Below are positions 35,482-41,745 of a stretch of 64,000 bases of DNA, in pieces; the first letter of the stretch is position 1, and the number at the start of each line of letters is the position of its first letter. Both the position numbers and the translations under genes were made by a program. The DNA is from Candidatus Woesearchaeota archaeon (GTDB lineage: Archaea; Nanobdellota; Nanobdellia; Woesearchaeales; UBA12501), in contig JAWOBY010000048.1 of assembly GCA_046484055.1 (NCBI GenBank), positions 4,596-68,595 of the forward strand. Reading direction: 5' to 3'. Under the pieces are notes generated by a model that had not been told where the DNA came from, did not search any database, and was given only the letters and a program-made list of their open reading frames with translations.

Positions 35482-35508
35482 CCTCCAGAGAGCTGGAGGA
35501 AAGTTTTT
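35482..35508 (+). terminator. hairpin plus T5 (terminator-like) downstream of endoQ
   Basis: CCTCCAG agag CTGGAGG (7 bp) followed by aaagTTTTT. Confidence 0.45.
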
Positions 35509-35984
35509 CTTATGTCCTTCGGCTTTTTATTGTATCCTCTGGCCATATCAACAATAATATAATAATAGAAAAAACAGAATGCCCCCTCCACCTTTTGCAA
35601 GGGGCACTGAGAGAACTTTACTTCTTTTTCTTTGTGGCCTTTTTCTTGGTTGTCTTCTTCTTTGTTGTTTTCTTAGCTTTCTTCATTGCCAAGTTTTTCA
35701 CCTCTGTTTTCAAAAAATATTTTTAATTGCCTTTAATGTATTTTTTCTTTATAAATATTTCGATTTTTTGTCATGCAATGCTCTTGTTGGTTTTTTTCAG
35801 CCGCTTTTGTCATTCGCAGTCAGGGCCATGTTGTAATCCTCTGATGAAAAATGATGAGAGGGTTTAGAGGACACAATCCATAACATCACTCGCCGCATCA
35901 CCCCCCGTCTCAGCAGCAGGTACTCAAAAATGAGTAACAAATCTTAAATAAAAAGATTGGATATCATCGGCAGAGGGGGAAACA

Positions 35985-36452
35985 ATGAGGAAGATAGGGA
36001 TCGCAGACACCATGTTCGCGCGCCATGACATGGCCAAAACAGCGGAAAGGGCGGTTTTTGACAGCGAAGAGAACATAAGGACAGAGCGCTATACCGTGCC
36101 GGGCGTGAAGGATCTCCCTTTGGCGTGCAAGAGGCTCATCGAAGAGTACGGCTGCGATATCGTGATGGCCTTAGGAATGCCGGGACCTGAACCCATAGAC
36201 AAGACCTGCAGCCATGAGGCATCACAGGGGCTCATACAGGTCCAGCTTATGACCAACAACCACATAATTGAGGTGTTCGTGCATCTTGATGAAGGTAAGG
36301 ATGACAAGGCCCTCTCCAGGATTGCAGAGGACAGGGTAAGGAAGCACACCTTCAATGCAATAGCGATGATGAAAGGAAGGGACAGTCTGGCACGATATGC
36401 CGGGAAAGGGTTGAGGCAGGGGCATGAAGACGCGGGCCCTCTCAAGCCATAA
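35985..36452 (+). CDS. ribC: riboflavin synthase, archaeal type
   Basis: MRKIGIADTMFARHDMAKTAERA ... YTVPGVKDLPLACKRLIEEYGCDIVMALGMPG is the MJ1184-type riboflavin synthase pattern. Confidence 0.85.
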   Translation: MRKIGIADTMFARHDMAKTAERAVFDSEENIRTERYTVPGVKDLPLACKRLIEEYGCDIVMALGMPGPEPIDKTCSHEASQGLIQVQLMTNNHIIEVFVHLDEGKDDKALSRIAEDRVRKHTFNAIAMMKGRDSLARYAGKGLRQGHEDAGPLKP

Positions 36453-36507
36453 AATCAATGATTGATAAATCAAGAATCAGGAAATGGAGGGGTGATGGAG
36501 GGAAAAA

Positions 36508-36915
36508 ATGAACGAGAGAATAGGGATAATTGTTTCGGATTTCAATGCGGATATAACCCACCTGATGGTCAAGATAGCGGAAGAGCACGTCAAGTTCATG
36601 GGAGCGAAGAATGTCCGCACTGTGAGAGTTCCGGGAGCATTTGACATGCCGCTCGCGATAAAGAGGCTGCTGGAGACCAATGTTATCGACGGCGTTGTTA
36701 CGCTCGGAGCCGTGATTGAAGGTGACACTGATCATGACAATATAGTTGCGCAGAATTCTGCCAGGAAGATGGCGGACCTGGCGGTGCAGTATGACAAGCC
36801 GGTCTCGCTAGGGGTTACAGGCCCTAAGATAACGCACGCGGGAGCGGTGGAGAGGATCGAGGAGTACGCGAAGAGATCCGTGGAATCCTGCCTGAAGATG
36901 ATCAGAAATTCCTGA
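36508..36915 (+). CDS. ribH: 6,7-dimethyl-8-ribityllumazine synthase
   Basis: RIGIIVSDFNADIT ... VPGAFDMPLAIKRLLET..IDGVVTLGAVIEGDTDH are lumazine synthase motifs. Confidence 0.85.
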   Translation: MNERIGIIVSDFNADITHLMVKIAEEHVKFMGAKNVRTVRVPGAFDMPLAIKRLLETNVIDGVVTLGAVIEGDTDHDNIVAQNSARKMADLAVQYDKPVSLGVTGPKITHAGAVERIEEYAKRSVESCLKMIRNS

Positions 36916-36947
36916 ATGGGTGCAGAAACTTCTGGGAATGAAACAGG

Positions 36948-38099
36948 ATGGTAAAGAGGATGAAGAGCATGAAAAAAGAGGCCGGGAAGCGTAAACAAAA
37001 GCATGATCAGAAGGACTGCAGGCAGGACCATCATTTCATGGGCCTTGCTCTTGAACTCGCAGCAAAAGGCAAAGGCAGGACATCACCCAATCCCTCTGTG
37101 GGTGCTGTCATAGTAAGGGACGGAGAGGTGGTAGGCAAGGGCTACCACAAGAAAGCCGGCAAAGCCCATGCCGAAATAAGCGCGATAAGATCTGTCAAGG
37201 ACAAAAGGCTTCTGAAAGGATCCACATTATACATAACCATGGAGCCCTGCAGCCATTACGGCAGGACAGGGCCCTGCACTGATGCTGCAATAAAAGCCGG
37301 CATCTCAAGAGTGGTCGCGGCGATGATAGACCCCAATCCTATATCAAATGGAAGGGGATTCCAGCTGCTCAGGAATGCTGGGATTAAAGTCAGGTCAGGG
37401 GTGAGGGAGGATGAAGCGAGAAGGCTGAATGAGGCATACATCAGTTTCATAACCACAAAAAAACCTTTTGTTCTGCTCAAGGCCGCCATGAGCATGGACG
37501 GCAAGATAGCCACAAGGACAGGCAGCTCTAAATGGATAAGCTCAAAGGAGAGCAGAAGATATGCCCATAAGCTGAGGAATGATGCTGATGCTGTGATGGT
37601 GGGAATAAACACAGCGCTCCATGACAATCCCAGGCTCACATGCAGGATAAGAGGGGGCAAGGACCCGCTCAGACTGATACTCGACAGCAGGCTCAGGATA
37701 CCCCTTGACTCCAACATACTCTCCGACGGCAACGCGATGATGGCCACCACAAACCAGTGCGACAAGGAAAAGAAAAAGAAGCTTGAGGAGATGGGCATAG
37801 GAGTGATTGTGGTGAACAAGAGGGGGAAGGTGAGGCTGAAGAAGCTCATGAAAGAGCTCAGCGTAAGGGGGATAATCAATGTGATGATCGAAGGGGGTTC
37901 GGAAGTGGCTGCCTCGGCTGTGAAAGAGGGCATAGTGGATAAAGTTGTGTATTTTGTCGCTCCGAAGATAATAGGGGGCAGCAGGGCAAAGACCCCCATA
38001 GGGGGAAGGGGTGCTGGCGCGATGGAGGAGGTTCTCACCCTGAGGGATGTAGAGCTGAGGAAAACAGGTTGTGATGTGATAATTGAGGGATACCTATGA
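36948..38099 (+). CDS. ribD: bifunctional pyrimidine deaminase / uracil reductase
   Basis: HFMGLALELAAKGKGRTSPNPSVGAVIV, HAEI and TMEPCSHYGRTGPC form the deaminase zinc site. The C-terminus is a reductase domain. The N-terminal K-rich extension makes the start uncertain. Confidence 0.85.
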   Translation: MVKRMKSMKKEAGKRKQKHDQKDCRQDHHFMGLALELAAKGKGRTSPNPSVGAVIVRDGEVVGKGYHKKAGKAHAEISAIRSVKDKRLLKGSTLYITMEPCSHYGRTGPCTDAAIKAGISRVVAAMIDPNPISNGRGFQLLRNAGIKVRSGVREDEARRLNEAYISFITTKKPFVLLKAAMSMDGKIATRTGSSKWISSKESRRYAHKLRNDADAVMVGINTALHDNPRLTCRIRGGKDPLRLILDSRLRIPLDSNILSDGNAMMATTNQCDKEKKKKLEEMGIGVIVVNKRGKVRLKKLMKELSVRGIINVMIEGGSEVAASAVKEGIVDKVVYFVAPKIIGGSRAKTPIGGRGAGAMEEVLTLRDVELRKTGCDVIIEGYL

Positions 38100-38686
38100 A
38101 GGGACTGCCTGTCAATATAGAGAGAGGAGAAGGAGTGAGATTCCCTTCAGAGCACGGCGAATTCACCCTCATCCCCTACATTGAGAGGCTCAGCGAAAGA
38201 TGCCACCTCGCGCTTGTCATGGGACAGCAGGTAGACAATGCTTTAGTCAGGATACACTCTGAATGCCTGACAGGAGATACGCTATGCTCTTCAAGGTGCG
38301 ACTGCGGCAGCCAGTTGAGAAAGGCAATGGAGATGGTAGGCAAGGAGGGTTCAGGAGTCATAATATATCTGAGGCAGGAGGGAAGGGGCATCGGACTGTG
38401 GAACAAGCTCAAGGCATACGCGCTGCAGGACCGCGGTTTGGATACTGTGGAGGCCAACCACCAGCTGGGCTTCAGGGATGATGAGAGAAGTTATGAGATA
38501 GCAGTTCATATACTGAAGGACCTCGGCCTGAAAAGGATAAGGTTATTGACGAACAATCCTGACAAGATAAAGGGCCTTAACGGAAGCATTGAGGTTGCTG
38601 AGAGGATACCCCTTACAGTAAGGCCGAACAGGCACAATGAGGCCTATCTCAGGGCAAAGAAAGAGAGGATGGGGCATGAGGTTTAG
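38096..38686 (+). CDS. ribA: GTP cyclohydrolase II
   Basis: VRIHSECLTGDTLCSSRCDCGSQL, YLRQEGRGIGLWNKLKAY and DTVEAN are present. The start overlaps the ribD stop (ATGA). Confidence 0.85.
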   Translation: MKGLPVNIERGEGVRFPSEHGEFTLIPYIERLSERCHLALVMGQQVDNALVRIHSECLTGDTLCSSRCDCGSQLRKAMEMVGKEGSGVIIYLRQEGRGIGLWNKLKAYALQDRGLDTVEANHQLGFRDDERSYEIAVHILKDLGLKRIRLLTNNPDKIKGLNGSIEVAERIPLTVRPNRHNEAYLRAKKERMGHEV

Positions 38687-38721
38687 GAATATTTAAAAAC
38701 GATAATGCTGTTCTTCTGATT

Positions 38722-39135
38722 ATGGGAATCACTCCAAAAGTAATAGCTGTTTTCGGCACCTTCGACACAATCCACAAGGGCCATCTTCATTTCTTCAGGC
38801 AGGCCAGGGATGCAGCAGGTCAGGATTCAAGACTGGTTGTTGTCATCGCCCGCGATTCCAATGTTGAGAAAGAGAAAGGAAAGGCCCCAAAACACAATGA
38901 AAAGGAAAGACTGGCCAAGGTGAAAGAGCTTGACATTGTTGATGACGCAGTTCTGGGCTCTCAGGTTATTGACTTCAGCATAATAGATGAGATAAGGCCT
39001 GACATCATAGCGCTGGGGTATGATCAGAAGAAGCCCGAGGGATTTGATGCTCATATAAAAGACAAGGATGTAGAGGTTGTAAGGCTGAAGCCTCACATGC
39101 CTGAGGAGTTCAAGAGTTCTAAGATGAAAAAGTAG
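38722..39135 (+). CDS. ribL: cytidylyltransferase-fold nucleotidyltransferase, probably archaeal FAD synthetase
   Basis: VFGTFDTIHKGHLHFF (the GxFDxxHxGH motif). About 137 aa. It is the last gene of the riboflavin operon. Confidence 0.65.
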   Translation: MGITPKVIAVFGTFDTIHKGHLHFFRQARDAAGQDSRLVVVIARDSNVEKEKGKAPKHNEKERLAKVKELDIVDDAVLGSQVIDFSIIDEIRPDIIALGYDQKKPEGFDAHIKDKDVEVVRLKPHMPEEFKSSKMKK

Positions 39136-39150
39136 GTATATTATTTCCAC

Positions 39151-39239
39151 AAAGCCGAAAACTGAAACATTTATGTAGCGAAAATCAGGGATTTTCTGGG
39201 TTTGTTAGACAAGCTAACAAACTTTCAGATGAAGGCTTT
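39151..39239. other. structured module M1
   Basis: The outer helix pairs AAAGCC 39151-56 with GGCTTT 39234-39, and CTGAAA 39162-67 with TTTCAG 39223-28. It encloses hairpin GAAAATC-agg-GATTTTC (39180-96) and hairpin TTTGTTAG-acaag-CTAACAAA (39201-21). Confidence 0.5.
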
Positions 39240-39249
39240 TGGAAAGCTT

Positions 39250-39427
39250 AAAAATCCGCTGTCAATACAATCGCCGTCAAACTGAAACAACAGAAAATAT
39301 TTCATATTTTCTTAGTTCCAAAACCTTCGGTTTTGAAACCTCATAAAAATGCAAAGCATTTTTAGGACGCCAAAAATCTATGATTTTTGAGCGTTTAGGT
39401 TTCAGTCAGGCGATTGTGCGGATTTTT
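39250..39427. other. structured module M2
   Basis: The composite outer helix has three segments:
- 10 bp: 39250-59 / 39418-27.
- 9 bp: 39267-75 / 39409-17.
- 8 bp: 39281-88 / 39399-406.
It encloses four perfect hairpins with 3-nt loops:
- 39292-312 (9 bp).
- 39319-35 (7 bp).
- 39345-63 (8 bp).
- 39371-89 (8 bp). Confidence 0.55.
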
Positions 39428-39449
39428 TTGATTTTATCTCTCTTATTCA

Positions 39450-39571
39450 GGCAGCAACAACAATGGATTCATACACGGTCAAAGCCTTCGGCTTTGCCCT
39501 ATTCGTAAAGGAAAAAACCACACTGCGTATGGTTTTTTCCTCTACACTCAGTATTCATCCTTGTTGCTGCC
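39450..39571. other. structured module M3
   Basis: The outer helix is 11 bp (39450-60 / 39561-71), then 4+4 bp (39465-74 / 39551-60). It encloses CAAAGCC-ttc-GGCTTTG (39480-96) and an 11-bp hairpin GGAAAAAACCA / TGGTTTTTTCC (39510-40). Confidence 0.5.
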
Positions 39572-39576
39572 AACGG

Positions 39577-39730
39577 GGCGGTGATGATGGCGCTGGCGAG
39601 GCGGGGGATGGTTGCCGAGCGTAGTGAGCGCAACTAAGGAAATCTCTGATTTCCTGTTCCCCCCTACGGGGTGGCGAGTAGGGCTCCGAACATAGTGAGG
39701 AGACCGTCAGCCGCCATAATCATCACCGCC
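39577..39730. other. structured GC-rich module M4
   Basis: The outer helix is 12 bp (39577-88 / 39719-30), then 4 bp (39589-92 / 39712-15), then 5 bp including one G-U (39593-97 / 39706-10). Inside are hairpin AGGAAATC-tct-GATTTCCT (39637-55) and two paralogous hairpins (39611-34 and 39682-705) with 11-nt loops GAGCGTAGTGA and GAACATAGTGA. Confidence 0.5.
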
Positions 39731-39800
39731 AAAAACATTAAGAAATAATTACAGACCAATGTTGTTGCTGCCTGCAAAAGACTATTAGAGAACTACTTAT

Positions 39801-41648
39801 TCAATAAAGTTCATTCACCATCTCAATATACATGGCATTTGACCACGCCTGCATGAGGCATCCCTTGCTCTGCATCTCACTGCTGGAGCTTATCTCAGCA
39901 TGATGGCCTACCGCCCCTCCGAAAAGTATCTCTTGAGTGCTGGCCCTTAGTATCCTGTCTATCTCTTCCCTGAACTTCCTCTTGTTGAGCCTGTGCATGC
40001 ATATCGCTGCGAGGTTGTTGAGCCAGTACCATGAATCACCGCGATGATAACTCCGGTCATTCTCTCCAGTGTGCGCACCGAAAAAGAGCGGATTCTCCTT
40101 GTCTATTGTTGATATTCCCCCCCACTCATTCCAGAGCTTCGGAAGGACTGTCCTGAAGCATTTTATCCACTGCTGTTTCGTCAGCAGTTCGGGATAGACA
40201 TAGTATGCGATGAACACATTTGGCCTTATTGTATCGTCATTCGCTCCGTCCTTGAGGTATTTTCCGTTCCAGAATGTCTCCCTGACTTTCTTCATGAGGT
40301 CATTCTCGAGATGCACTGCCATGTTATGGCCTATATCATCATTGAGTGTCCTGCAAAGGAGTTTCATGAGCCGGTACATGCAGAGCCTCAGTGCCTGTAT
40401 CTCGATCCTTATCCCCTCCCTGTCATCATCCTTGTAGGCGGTGTCCATCCAGGTCTCCAGCCTGCCGTTCACCGCGAAATCCTGCGCGGTGTGGTTGTTC
40501 CTCAGCTCATAGACCGTGTCCTCCACTTTCTTCTTCATGAACTCCAGATCCTCCTCAGAGAGGTATTCTGTTATCAGCTCTTTCCTGTAGAGCTCCTCAA
40601 AGAAGTCGTAGCATCGCTTCATCAGCCAGCCTATGGCATCAGCAGAGTCGAGATCAGAGCCTGGATATCTGTTGGGTATCCTTCCGTCATCCCTTATCTG
40701 TCTCAGCTGCCTGAAAAGTATCTCTTTCACTAAGTCATATTTCTCCTGGATCATCAGCGCTTTCAGGCTCACAGCCTCATCCCTTGTCCAGTACTGGAAG
40801 AACCACCACAGGCCTGCGTAGATCCCTTTCTTGTCCCTTATGGTGCTGACCAGATGGTCCAGTGATGAGCAGGCGGCCCTGTATGCCATGGTCGCCTTCG
40901 GGTCGTCGAACCCCCTGTTGAACTTCACATATGCCTGCTGCTTCTCCTTGACCTTCTTCAGGTCCTTTATCAGCTTATCGTTCTCTTTTATCGCTTTCTG
41001 CTTGTTCTTTGAGAATGATATGACCATGCGCCTGGCCCTTATCACTATTGCATTGTACACATGCCTCTCCCATGGCCAGGAGCCTCGTTCCTTGTCAAAA
41101 GGATATTGTACAGGAGAGAACTCATCTTTCTTACTGCACTCCTTGCCGTTGTCTATGACCACATAGACTATGTATTCCTTCTTCCCGTGGCTCTGGTCCT
41201 CCTGCTTGTCTGTCTTCTTGGTGAACTCAACTATTATCTTTCCTTTCTCGTTGTAGATCCTGTAATACCTGCCGAACTGCCTGCTGTCATACGCCTTCCT
41301 GACATCAAGGTCTATCTGTATATCAGCCTCCCTGCTCAGCTGATAGCCGATGGAGTTATGCATCAGCGGCATGAAAAGCGTTTCTTTCAGGCCGTCATCG
41401 CGCTCCCTCTCGATACAATAGAACCTGTTGATCATTCTCTTAACATCCCCTGAACTGAGAGGTGTTATGTTCTCCACCACCTTGAACATCTCGAAGTTGT
41501 CATTGAAGAATGCGCCCTGGTATCTTGAGGCAGGGAAATCGCTCAGGGAGAAGTAGCCGCCTATCTTGTTGGTCAGGATGAAGCTGGGGTTATGAGCCTT
41601 TCCTTCCACTTTTGACTTATCAATCTCATGGATAACATCAGTCATCAA
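39801..41648 (-). CDS. glycogen debranching enzyme (amylo-alpha-1,6-glucosidase, archaeal GDE type)
   Basis: GIYAGLWWFFQYWTRDEAVSLKAL. The C-terminal (alpha/alpha)6-barrel-like region has SYHRGDSWYWLNN and the CLMQAWS motif. Confidence 0.8.
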   Translation of the reverse strand: MMTDVIHEIDKSKVEGKAHNPSFILTNKIGGYFSLSDFPASRYQGAFFNDNFEMFKVVENITPLSSGDVKRMINRFYCIERERDDGLKETLFMPLMHNSIGYQLSREADIQIDLDVRKAYDSRQFGRYYRIYNEKGKIIVEFTKKTDKQEDQSHGKKEYIVYVVIDNGKECSKKDEFSPVQYPFDKERGSWPWERHVYNAIVIRARRMVISFSKNKQKAIKENDKLIKDLKKVKEKQQAYVKFNRGFDDPKATMAYRAACSSLDHLVSTIRDKKGIYAGLWWFFQYWTRDEAVSLKALMIQEKYDLVKEILFRQLRQIRDDGRIPNRYPGSDLDSADAIGWLMKRCYDFFEELYRKELITEYLSEEDLEFMKKKVEDTVYELRNNHTAQDFAVNGRLETWMDTAYKDDDREGIRIEIQALRLCMYRLMKLLCRTLNDDIGHNMAVHLENDLMKKVRETFWNGKYLKDGANDDTIRPNVFIAYYVYPELLTKQQWIKCFRTVLPKLWNEWGGISTIDKENPLFFGAHTGENDRSYHRGDSWYWLNNLAAICMHRLNKRKFREEIDRILRASTQEILFGGAVGHHAEISSSSEMQSKGCLMQAWSNAMYIEMVNELY

Positions 41649-41745
41649 GATACCCCCTTTTTTCCGGAAAAATCCGCATCAGCATACAAAGATGAGTCAT
41701 AAAATAAAAATGCTTATTTATATAGTTTGCGATTCAGGGGGCAGG

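Larger units (their letters stand above)
39150..39775. ncRNA. ORF-free hyper-structured locus: candidate large non-coding RNA or hairpin-array element (family unknown)
   Basis: No ORF of 60 aa or more exists in any frame. The region lies between convergent genes. It has four nested modules with at least 12 perfect hairpins and four long-range helices; see the module features and findings. The strand is not resolved, though one G-U pair (39596:39707) is valid only on the + strand. Confidence 0.4.

Noticed and set aside
37256-38038. 260-aa minus-strand ORF inside ribD
   Set aside because: It is antisense to a gene with unambiguous RibD motifs, has hydrophobic low-complexity composition and shows no start signal.
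39601-39705. tRNA-Leu/Ser-like strings (GCGGGGG..GTTGCCGAGCG, CCCCCTACGGGG, GGGCTCCGAACA) inside module M4
   Set aside because: No cloverleaf can be drawn:
- The candidate anticodon arm has an 8-bp stem with a 3-nt loop.
- There is no GTTCGAATC T-loop.
- There is no 3' acceptor complement (CCCCCGC).
It may be a relic or a mimic, but it is not a tRNA gene.
39577-39730. GTGATGA (C-box-like) near the 5' end of M4, with CTGA on the opposite strand
   Set aside because: The TGATGA is fully Watson-Crick paired with TCATCA in the closing helix, so it cannot form a kink-turn. There is no D box at the proper 3' position. It is not a C/D sRNA.
39150-39775. Possibility that the hairpin-rich region is a CRISPR array
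   Set aside because: The repeats are inverted and nested rather than identical direct repeats separated by unique spacers of constant length. No cas genes are nearby.
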